From positions 374,731 through 438,730 of the forward strand of contig RHPI01001616.1 in the NCBI GenBank assembly GCA_009103225.1: 64,000 nt of DNA. The letters run 5' to 3'. Of this stretch, positions 35,368-53,192 are shown piece by piece. Every line of letters begins with the position of its first letter. The stretch's first letter is position 1. A program made the position numbers and the translations under genes. Below the pieces are notes generated by a model. That model saw nothing but the letters and a program-made list of their open reading frames with translations. It ran no database searches and was not told where the DNA came from. This DNA comes from Chlorokybus atmophyticus (Eukaryota; Plantae; Mesostigma and Chlorokybus algae).

Positions 35368-36569
35368 CCACCCCGGTAGATTTGTTTCAGACGGTAGCTC
35401 GTATGCGTTGCAGAGACTGGGTGTCACGACATTCACAAAATTGTAGAATTAGCTGTGCGTCCGTTGGTCACCAACATTCATGATGTTTCACTTGCGTCTG
35501 ACATAGATGTACGTCCAATGGGCTGTCGCACAGCGGCGATGCAGTTCATATTCATAGATCTCTTCCTATACATTGCCTTACGTACAACACTCATCGTTCA
35601 ATTGATGCGTCAAATCTGAACATCTAACTACATTATTACCCGACTAAGCACCGCGCCACGGGCTTCTTGCGCACAATGTTCAGCACGCATGAATTGCTCG
35701 ATTGCAAGGGCCTCCACCTCAAACTAGTGACGCAAATTTCGTCGGTACCGGTATCGATGCCGCGCTTCGCCAGGCCCGACGGGGATCCGTCGCCGCCGCT
35801 CCCGGGAGACTACCACTGTATGAATCCTTACCCAACTTGCTCGCCTTCACAAACAAACTTACGGAGTGATTACCAAGTAATTAAGTGAGTGAGTCAATGA
35901 GTGGTTAAGCGAAGTTGTCGAGTGATTCTACCCACCAACGCAAGAATGGGTGCATGAGTCCCTGATTAAAGGTAGAGGTAGATACTTTGATAGAATGCAT
36001 GTCTGCATGCACACATGCCAAAGGAGGAACGGACTGAAGGAGCAAACAAATGACCAAGTGCATGATAGACAGATGGAGTTCAAGATCGATCTTATCACAC
36101 AAACATAGATAAATACGGCACAGGTCATGACCAATGGAGTAAGCAAGAATGGTTGAATTCGCACTCGTGACTCTCAATGACGACATTTGTTGGGTGACAC
36201 CCCACAAGTTCCGGCACGCTTTATATCAAGTTGTGGTTGTTTCACAAAGGACGGGACTTTAAACCCACTGGCATCCAATACAAGTGTCCCTTCATACCCA
36301 ACCCCCGAATATAGGTATCACACCATCCACATGGGCCACCCATGAAAGCGCCTTGAATATGAACACGCCCTTGCCTATGGTTTTCGACGATACATGCACG
36401 CAGTGTTCTTATTGTTACAAGGATTAGCGAAGGCAGCATGTACAGCAAGGCTGTTTTGTTGCTTTTGCATGTGTTACTTGCTCAGTATGAACTATCTACC
36501 TAAACTACCTGAACTATCTACCTAGTAGGCCGCTGGATGGCCTACCAGGTATTTAATTGACGTAGATAG

Positions 36570-37560
36570 TAGATGGGCCATCTACTAGCCATGGGTAAGA
36601 TAAAAGGTCGTACAGGCACCCACCACAACCACAAAAAAGCATGCGAAGACCAGCGTCAGCACCCACCCACCGACGTACTCCATATTGAAGCAGAAGCTGC
36701 GTCCCATAAATCGGCGCAGTGGCTGCAAACTGCAATATCAACATATGTTAAAAACACTTTATATACTCAACATTTATCACTCAAACTATGTATAAAGCTG
36801 TACCACAACTCAACTTTTTGCGAGGTTCTTGGCCTTCTGGCTGCGATAGGCCGTGATCTTGCAGAGCAGCAGAAACACCACAACAGACACGCCCACCACC
36901 TTCGCAGTGATCAACCACCATCCTATTTCTGGAGCCAAAAGCTCCATGCAAGTCCAAACAGCAAAATACACTCCACGCACAAAGTACCCTGCTTGTCGAA
37001 GGCACCTGAGTCTGCAGTAGTAAATAAGTACATAAATAATCAATAAGTGAATGTAATAACAATAGTAATAAAACACTTTTTACAGTACCAATTAAAGAAC
37101 TTAGTTTATCGGTTTCCAAGGTCACTCGCATCTGATCCGACCGGTCCGAGCCAGCGGAGACCCAATCAATGTCCACCAATGCGGCCGTGTAGCCGCACAG
37201 GCCATTGCTCCCGCTCAACAGAAGCCACGCATTGAACGTGTCATATGACTCGACAACCTTTACATCCGCCATAGCGAACACGAAAGGAGCCTCGTCGCCG
37301 GCACCGATGATAGGATTGTCCTCGCTTGCATGGCTGCTGGACCGATCACGCAAGTGCTTCCAAAGGTGTGGGTATTGCGCCTCCTCTTTTGTCCAACCAC
37401 CGGCGAGGCGCCATGCTGCGCCAGCACCCCCTCCATGCTGCTAACATTGTTAACCGCTGTTGTTTGCGCATGATGATGCGCCATAAACATTGAGCCAAAA
37501 AGTGCACCTTCACGCCCATTGACACCTTATGGCGCTCCATGTTGCTTGGCGCTGCAACAT
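36570..37560 (-). other. Unassigned coding-like spliced fragment
   Basis: Open exon ~37440-37110 (WTKEEAQYPHLWKHLRDRSSSHASEDNPIIGAGDEAPFVFAMADVKVVESYDTFNAW...) with further GT-AG-bounded hydrophobic segments at 36800-37010 and 36570-36720; no family recognised. Confidence 0.3.
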
Positions 37561-38049
37561 ATGTGCACACACTGTGACGTCACCGTGTTGTCAACAACAG
37601 CAATCATGCACGCCGCGTGCAGCAGCAATTGCTTGGTTGTACATGTTGATATTTTGGTCTGCTACGCACTTCATGCAGCAAAGGACAGTCTTGGACTCCA
37701 AAATACCGCTGCCGGCCCTGCCGGAATTCTATTGCATAGTAGCGCAAACATAACAACATGATGATGATGATGATGATGTTGATGATATGAGTTGGTGAAA
37801 ATCGCGTCTGCGGAGAAGCGAGAGAAGAGGTCCTTGTAGACGATGGAGTGAGAGATGAAGGGACGGGTGAAGGAGGAGGGGTGAAGTGGAGCTGGTGGAC
37901 AAAGTTGGCCTGGACGCTGTGGTGATGGATCGTGAGGATGGGGTGGGGGTGTGGGCGTGGGCGTGCGTGTGTGTTCATGTGCATGTGGTCATGTGGTCAT
38001 GCACACATGCTTGTGTATGCATGTGCATGTGTATGTGTATGTGTATGTG

Positions 38050-38120
38050 TTTGTGCATGTGCATGTGCATGTGCATGTGCATGTGCATGTGCATGTGCAT
38101 GTGCATGTGCATGTGCATTT
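38050..38120 (+). repeat. (GTGCAT)n microsatellite
   Basis: Direct reading. Confidence 0.9.
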
Positions 38121-39509
38121 GCATGTGTATGCGTTTGTGCATGTGTACATGAACATGAGCGGGCGTGCATGTGCGCACAGGCACGCTTACACATACGTGT
38201 GTATGTGTAAACATGCCTGTATTCACGCGAGCGAACGTGTATAAGCTTGTTCACCCGTATGCTCATCGAGCAACACGGTGATGCTTTACACCGGTGTGGT
38301 GGTGGTCAGCGCCATTACTACAACAACACGACCTCCACCACCATCATTAACAACAATTGTAACAACAACAACAACAGAATATGCAACACCCAACATGCAT
38401 CCAATACAACCAAGCACCCCACCTGAAGTCATGTCCCTAAGATTTGCATGCAATGACTCTGCACACCACCACGCAGAATGCCAATCTCCTCATGAAAGCC
38501 CCGGGATAGAATGGGATGGGATGGGTGGGTGTCTTGTAGCCTGGTATTCTATTCACGCGCGTGCACAAACATGGACATAACCGCTCACATGCATGCATAC
38601 ATACACGCACGCAGGCATCCGCATGTGAACGTGTGTCTCTATATATGCGCGCACACACGCGTACAGGCATGTACACAGATGCTCACACCCCCTCACGACA
38701 AACACAAGCCCCCAACTCGCCTCTCTTGCCTTTGATTATCTTGCTGTGTATGAACTCCGCCTTGACACTCTTCAGCTGCAAAGCAATCACCTGATTCTCC
38801 TACAATCACAACATGAGGGATGTACTAGCGGTGCAAATCGAGTGTCACACCAGTGTGGGGTTACATGTCAATGCATGCGTGCATGCGTGCGTGCGAGTGT
38901 GGTGGGTGGGTGGGTGGGTGGGTGCGGGTTGGCGTGTATACGCGCGCATGCACACGTACACCCATGCATCATGTGCTCCGCGCTCGCATGCATGTGGGTG
39001 TGTGCGGGGCGCGTGTGTGGGGCGCATGAGCATGCGTGTGTGCATGCATACATGTGCATTCGTGCACGAAGTGTACACACACTGTACCGGTCGACATCAG
39101 GCAGAACACGCGGCCTGTGATGGATACATAAGCGAACTCAAGCATAGACACAGTAGTCAATGGCCAAAGGCGATTGCGAGCAAGCGTGCTGAAAACACAA
39201 CAAACAGGGGTTAGTCTGTTCCCCTTACCGTCGTGCGTCTACTGAAGTGGGTAGGAAATGCACATACACACACAAACACACAATCTGACACTATGCTACA
39301 CCTAATCACATAACTGACACAAAGACAAACACCAACATTAACACTAGCCCTACGCTGCACTATGCAAGATTACCAGCATGAGACACAACCACGACATATG
39401 ACACAAAACAACCTATGGCACAGCTTAAAGTCAACAACAGCACAGCACCACAAACACAAACATGAACGATGACACATGCACTACACAAACAGAAATAGAA
39501 GCACGCACG

Positions 39510-39510
<1 letters not shown>

Positions 39511-39585
<75 letters not shown>

Positions 39586-39686
39586 NNNNNNNNNNNNNNN
39601 NNNNNNNNNNNNNNNNNNNNNNNNNNNNNNNNNNNNNNNNNNNNNNNNNNNNNNNNNNNNNNNNNNNNNNNNNNNNNNNNNNNNNN

Positions 39687-39745
<59 letters not shown>
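39511..39745 (+). repeat. (CA)n microsatellite spanning an assembly gap (N 39586-39686)
   Basis: Direct reading; occupies the position equivalent to the (GTGTGC)n tract in RecQ intron 1. Confidence 0.95.
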
Positions 39746-39746
<1 letters not shown>

Positions 39747-41082
39747 AACAACAACCACTGTACAGCTGCAGCACTGCCCGTACTGCCTCGAGCTGGTTCA
39801 ACCCTAACTCCTCACACTTATGCACGCGTCTCACCCTTCTCACCACCACCCTTTACTCTTGTTGGCCTTGTTGTTGTTCATTGCAGCTGTCTGGAGCCGT
39901 AGCCGGGCCTTCATGATGGAGTGGAGTGGAAAACGGGGTTCAGTTGGGCATCGGGGAGGCCTGCTGCTGCAAAGGACTGTGTTTGCGCGTGTGCATGCGT
40001 GAACAGTGTCTCACTCTATCCCTTGTGTCTGAAACAACGGGTGTGTGCGCTGGTAGACCAGTCAGAGCGCATGGTTTCCGTTCCTTCTACGCTGCAACAC
40101 TTGTTTGCACAAAGAACGCGAACGGTTGTGCAACAGGCAAACGCTAGGCAACATGCTTACTCAATTGCAAGCCTTTTGGTGTGACTAAACGACATCATAC
40201 ACACTGCAGCTCACCGTGCACGCACAAGTATTCTTACAAAATTGTTGTCTCAAAGTCATCCGTTGATCTGATGGCCAACGTTACACATGCACTTGCGCCG
40301 GTTGTGCCGGCTTTGGGCGCGTGATCTGGCATTGTAGCAGCACGTTTGCAATACATTGTGCAAACAAACTGTTTATATCTTTTCTGCTCTCAGCAGTGTT
40401 AGTATTGCTACCATAACGTTGTTGTTGTTGTCCTACTGCATGTGACACACACGCATACACCCAGGCGGCGGCGGCGACGGCGGTGATGGCGGCGGTCAGA
40501 TCCAAGCTTCAGTCCAAGGCTGCCGCTTTGGTCAGCAGTTGCTATAGTCGCTGCTCAGGTGTGGCGCAATCTGCTTGTTGCACATTGGCACAAGCAACAG
40601 CAAGCTGGCTGCTTGCTGCTGGTGCATGCGGTGTAATTACCTGACGCAATGCACACACACGTGCAATTCACTGTCAATCTCACAAGTTAGGCTATGCATG
40701 TGAACGTGCAATCAGTGAGTCAACATGCAGCTCACTTTTTCACGGTGGTTGTTGGTTAGTTGCCAACGTGTAAAACAGGGAGCTTGCTGCTTAACATGAC
40801 AAAACACAAAGGCTGAACACAAATCAACTGCCCCTGTGCACACAGTGTGCACTGTTTCTGTAGGATAAACCCCTACTACTGTTTTTCCTGCTTGCAACAA
40901 GCATTGCACAGAGGTAGAATGCTACAACGCAAACTACTCCCCATGCTTTCAGTCAATCACACACTCTGAAACACTCTTTTTTCAGGCAGGCAGCCCCCAA
41001 TGTCTAATTGATAAAGAAGGAAAGACAACACTCTCTCCCACAACATACTAGTACCGATCACCATGAAGGCCTGGCTCCAGAC

Positions 41083-48045
<6,963 letters not shown>

Positions 48046-48493
48046 TGTACTTATGTGCTTACGCGCGCGCATGTGTGTGTGAGCGTGCACGTGCACGTGC
48101 GTGCGTCTGTGTCTGAGTGCATGTGTGTGTACGGTATGAAACAGGGTGCGTGTTCTAGCTACTCCATGAAACAGTCAGGTACATTAGCAAATCAGGACAT
48201 GGGCAGAGCTTTTACAATTCTGACCGGGGGTCATAGCTCAGCACAAGGACATTCAGCTCCTCACTACCGCACTCAACAGTCCATTTTAAACCTAACACCT
48301 CACGCAATCAGTAAATGAGTCGAATGCGCAAAGGGGTCAACTCCCACTGCACACGGCAGCGGCTGAACAATGAATGTTAACGCCAACTACAACACACCTA
48401 CAGGAATGATATAGAGAGTGGGGCACACTTGACTCCACTTCATATTCATATAAGGCAAAGAATGTTGACGCTAGCTACAACACCACAACTCGA

Positions 48494-51400
48494 TCATCCT
48501 CCCTGTGCGTGCGCAATGTGCATGAATCGTATCCCGCCCTCGTAACTCTCCCCCGGCACGAGCAGCCCGTTGTGCGGGGACTCCAACAGGGTGTCTACAT
48601 CAAACACAGACCCAACATTGCTGCTGCTGCTGTTGTTGTTGTGTGACGAGTCGTTTTCCTCTTCATTACTATCAAGTGTTGGTGGCGTGTGATTTGTAAT
48701 GCTGACCATAGCCAGGCCTGAGGCTGATAAGTTAGCAAGGAAGCGGGTTAATAGGTCGTTGAAGCGTATGGCGAGGACCAAATAACAGCTGGCGTTGGCG
48801 GATAATGACAGTCTCCTCTTTACAACAGCCTGCGGATGGTGACTATCAGTACAGTGACATTGTGTTTCAAGTTTGAGCATGCAGGCAAAACTGTGTGTGT
48901 AAGACAGATTTGCGTCACATGCATGTCAACACCCACACGCGCACGCGCGCAAACACTTCAACATGTCATAAAACTGCACTTTACCGGTAGCGATGCCGCG
49001 TGACTGTCGTCATAAAGCAAATCGCTGCCAATGATGACCTCAAACGCTTCATCATCGGCCAGTGCATCAAAATCACTATGTCCATGGCCGTTACTTGTTG
49101 ATGTTGCTTCTTCTCTTGGACAACCCTGCTAATTGTACAGTGTATGATGTCAGCAGCTTGGAGTGTCTGAAGCCCAGCAGAAGCAAAAAGCACCCCTGTT
49201 GGCATATGATTGTGTGTGCGCGCGCTCGCGCGCGTGCGCGTGTGCGTGTACATGTGTGTGCGCGGGCGTTTGGGTTGGTAGTCAACGAGACCAGTATGTA
49301 GCAATCAACAACCTCTGCACACCAGCCAGTATCAGCACAGAATAATTAGGGATAAGGTGATTACCTCATGAAGTAAACTCTGCTCTCTGTCCCAGCTCAA
49401 GTAGCTCACGCGCAAAGCCGGCCTAATATCATCACTTGATTGCATAGCCTTCTTTTCTGGTAGGAGGTCCCTTTCCATCGTGGATGATTGCAACGTGCTC
49501 TTAAACTGTGTGCAGGTGGCCTCCAGGTTGCGCAACACCGAGGACACAACATCCGTAAAAACAACCTGCACGATGGAGTAAGTACATATGTAAGTCCCCC
49601 AGGAGTCAGGGACAGGTACACATACATCCGCAAGGTCAACCTATATGTGGCTCTCTGATTTGTACATGTAAGCAAACTTGTGGGGTTGTGTACCGTGATG
49701 AAGAACTTGACAACACAACAACAACAAGAGCATACTCGACAACAACAACAACAACACACCACCACCACAACAGCAACAACAACACACAACCACATGGTAC
49801 CTCTTTTGCGCCGATGGCAGCGGCAACGAACCCGCACACGCCCAACCCGGCGCCTAACTCGAGTACACGTTTTCCTATTATGTTGCTTGGATGGCGCGCG
49901 AGCCATTGGCCGAGCAGCAGCGCACTGGCGGCGGAGAGGCAGGAGACAACAGTTCAATACGAGCGTGTGTGCGTGTGCATGTGCGTGCGTGCGTGCCTGC
50001 GTGGGTGGGGTGGGTGTGCGTGCGGGTGGATTGTTGCACAGGCGGGCGTGAGTGAGCGCGTAGATGCGTGCGTGTGTGTCTTTGTGCATGTGTGTGCGTA
50101 TGCGCGCGTGTGTCTCCACGTGAGTATGGATGCGCATGCGCGTGCGTACGTGTGCGTGCGCGTGTGCGTGTGCCTTCTTGTGCGGTATGTGTGTATGTGC
50201 CCTCTGAACACATACACACATACCTGTACCAGACTCTCCAGCCCAAGCCGCCTTCGACGAAGCTTAGCTCCCGCACCGTGACCAGTACGTCACCATCGAA
50301 GCGGTACGTCTGTTAGAAGTTGGATTGTTTAAATTCCACAAAGAGACACACAGATTTCAGGAGGCAATGTTTGTAGGCATGTCATGGGGGCTACAGCACA
50401 TTTATCAAGTGCTGTACCCCAAACAAATAGCATGTATATGTAGTGATGATGTCCACCCTTGCATGCGCATGCCTACGTGCAAGCATATACGTGTGTTCTT
50501 GCACAGCATGTGCAATATCGCAAACAACGAGTGTGTGCATGTGCTTGCGCGCGCACGCGTGTCTGTGTGTGCGTGTGTTTGTGCTTTCAGCCCCAACAAC
50601 TATATCACACCTGTGAGTTGGGTCGTGCAGCACACGGCCCGCTGCAGTTGGCGATGCAGCTTGCGACGGCGTCCAAGAAGCAATCGTCTTGAGACGCGGA
50701 CGAGAGTGCGGAGACGAGCCGCGCGGTGCCGTTGAGGTGGTGGAGGTGGCGGATGTATGCGGGGCGACGCGGACAACTGGAGAGTGGAGGTGTTAGAAAC
50801 ACGCACGAGCAAGCACTGAGAGTCACGCACACACGCATGCTCTCATACTCATGCACGTGCGTGGGCATGCCGGGCGGGCCGCGCATGCATGTGAGCATTC
50901 ATAGACATCGTGCACACGCTTTCACTCACACAGACGCATGCTCGCGTCCACACGCTCCCCCCCCCCCCTCCCCCCCTCCTTCCAAGTGCGCATGCATGCA
51001 TGCCAACACGCGCACATGCATGCGTGTGTGTGCATATGCGTGTGTGCGTGTGAGTGTGCGTGGGCGTCACGCCTGCGAGCGCTGATGTTGCAGATATGGT
51101 TGGAACATGAGTGCTGCTTGCCATAGAGACATTGCATGCGCACAGCCAAACATGCACTGTGCGTGCCCACCCTCGCACCCACACAGCACTATCAAGTTCT
51201 CACGCTTGCTCCGCAGCATTGTGATTGTCGAGAGCAAACTGCACGCAACTACAGCGTAAAGCCGAGCTAAACCTTACATAGCCTGCAGCAACAAGCTTTG
51301 AACTCCAACCTTCACTCCAACCCAAGCTTGCATTCATCCATTGACAGAAGCGACAGCATCAAGCAAGTAACGTCAAGCATTCATTGTGCTTGTTGGAGTC

Positions 51401-51713
51401 AGTCAAAGCATTCACATACCTGACACTGTTGCGCAATGACGCAACACAGCAAAGCCACGATATCGTACGTGCGTGCGTGTATACAAGAAGCAGGTACAAT
51501 GCGTGTGGGACGCACACGTGTACAAGAATTGCTGTAGTCTGCGTGTGTTTGCACACGCACAGGCACGCACACAAACACGCACGCACATTGTGCTGGCATG
51601 CACCTGCTGCCAGTTAGCCAGGCGAGTCGCTCAGCCGCCTCTCTCGCCTTGTCTCCGCCACCTCCACATACATCTGCCAGTAACTCGCCCACTACCCTCT
51701 CCTCCTCCTCCAT
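48494..51713 (-). CDS. Class I SAM-dependent methyltransferase, family-16 (METTL21/EEF2KMT-like protein lysine methyltransferase)
   Basis: ELSFVEGGLGWRVW, ASALLLGQWL, GKRVLELGAGLGVCG, VVFTDVVSSVLRNL, VSYLSWD and EVIIGSDLLYD over multiple exons; N-terminal helical exons from 51713. Confidence 0.85.
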
Positions 51714-53192
51714 ATCGCCGCCGCCGCCGCTAAATGCATGCCCTGCCGCCTAAGCATACATGTAAGCATATAAGGACTCTCATAAGAGCGTACAAATCAA
51801 TTAACACAGGCATAGAAGTGAGAAAGCGTTACGTACCGGTATGCCTGCATTCATGCTTCCTTTTTGCTTTGCTGGCGTGCTTGTAATGCGTATGCTTATA
51901 CGCAAGCGATGCGACGAACAAGCAGTGGACACGCTGAGACACGATACTGGACACGACACATTGAAATGCTGCACACGGGCACATGTTTGATCGTGTCTTT
52001 TGTGTCTGCGATTGTGTTTGCTGAGCGCACACAATCAACCTCGCCACTTGCATGATTTGATTTGGCACATTCTGCTGCTTCAAGTGTGTTTGGACACGCT
52101 TGGCTAAGGCGTGTGGGAGTTATGCCTGAGCTCACGTTGTAGGGTATTGCCACGTGGTGGCGACGGCGCAGCAGGAGGCGGAGGCGCTGGAGGTGGAACT
52201 ACAGGAGGAGGCGGAGAAGCACGCATAAGCTGGAGAGACTTGGATTTTATAGGTCGCAGTGGACCAACAGCTGTCGGTGGGAACGCTCCGTTGGAGCTGA
52301 AGCGGAAGATACTCCAATAGCAGCGAGCGAGTACGCAGGTGGGGTCATCGGACGGCAGTTACTTTGCTGCTTGGTGCGTGCTTGTAAAGTTGCATGCTTG
52401 CACACCTGCACATCGGGTTGACCATTCACCAGCCAAGTGAACAGCTTACATGCACAGTGTACTTGTTGGTTGATTGGTTGGTCTACTTGCTGTTTTGTTG
52501 CACATCATGTAGCATTAGGAATGCACCCACAGCGTTAAGGATGCAACTTAGAAGCAGTATGCAGGACAGCATGCTGCAATGACACCAGCATTCGGTTGCT
52601 GTTTTCATGCACGGGTGTGCGTGCTAAACCGACGCTTCTAGCAGTTGCTTGGCAATTCAACGTTCCTGTGCTGTCATGTCAGAATGATTGCAACAACTTT
52701 CCTCTTGCTCACAACTCGCAAACCATCACAACACGCTTGCAGTGTTTCTCTGCGAGGTTGTAGGACACCAAGTACGCACAATGGCGCAACGCATGGAACA
52801 CTTATCCACCTGCATGAACCTTGAGAGTACACTGCAAACAATTGTTCAACATGCCGACCAGCCTCAAGTGTCAATGGTATTGACAGCTGGGACGAAGGCA
52901 GTTGGTTAAGTACTTTCATAGCTTATGCATGCCATGAAGCTGTGTGTCAAGGGTAGCGCGAAACTGCGCTAATTGAATGCTAGCATGCATGTGTCAGTGA
53001 CAATGCTTGCATTGTCAGCTGGTATGTCTGCTTCAGTGTTTGTGTCAAGTCAATAGGCATTCTGCAGTCAAGGTGGCAAGCTTGCTGGGATGTTTTCGTC
53101 TACTGAGAGCTAGAACGCCTCATGTCTCCGTTGTGTTTGTGCAGACAGGTTGATTGATACAGAAGTGCTGGTATATGGTTACAGCTGGCGGT

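Larger units (their letters stand above)
25880..35900. mobile_element. Compositionally distinct island: possible endogenous giant-virus remnant or horizontally acquired segment
   Basis: Switch from CA/GT-repeat-rich introns to GC-rich, intronless or mini-intron (about 30-70 nt) genes; tightly packed co-oriented ORFs; NCLDV-like kinase and small membrane ORFs; repeat proteins. No capsid, polymerase, integrase or terminal repeat was recognised, and boundaries are approximate. Confidence 0.5.
37660..39930 (-). pseudogene. Inverted, deleted copy of the 5' part of the adjacent RecQ gene
   Basis: The reverse complement matches RecQ exons: 39780-39930 vs 41083-41240; ~39090-39118 (GRVFCLMST) vs 41860; 38700-38800 (ENQVIALQLKSVKAEFIHSKIIKGKR) vs 42367-42450; 37800-37915 vs 43540-43650; 37660-37740 (SGRAGSGILES) vs 44816. 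Many deletions and frameshifts. Confidence 0.85.

Noticed and set aside
27912-35379. Reading the 45-nt inverted pair as terminal inverted repeats of a 7.5-kb DNA transposon
   Set aside because: No target-site duplication or transposase, and the WD40 frame continues across the left copy; the intron interpretation fits better.
36242-36448. VENHRQGRVHIQG resembling HUH Rep motif II
   Set aside because: 68-aa ORF with no motif I, catalytic Tyr motif or helicase; too short to support.
36525-36545. 7-bp hairpin GTAGGCC/GGCCTAC next to CTAG and a short GAACTATCTACCTA direct repeat
   Set aside because: Spacing does not match a Helitron 3' end, and no matching 5' TC end was identified.
52111-52320. 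69-aa Gly-rich ORF upstream of Kir
   Set aside because: Frame not preserved in the duplicate at ~58740-58870; more likely a 5'UTR exon.
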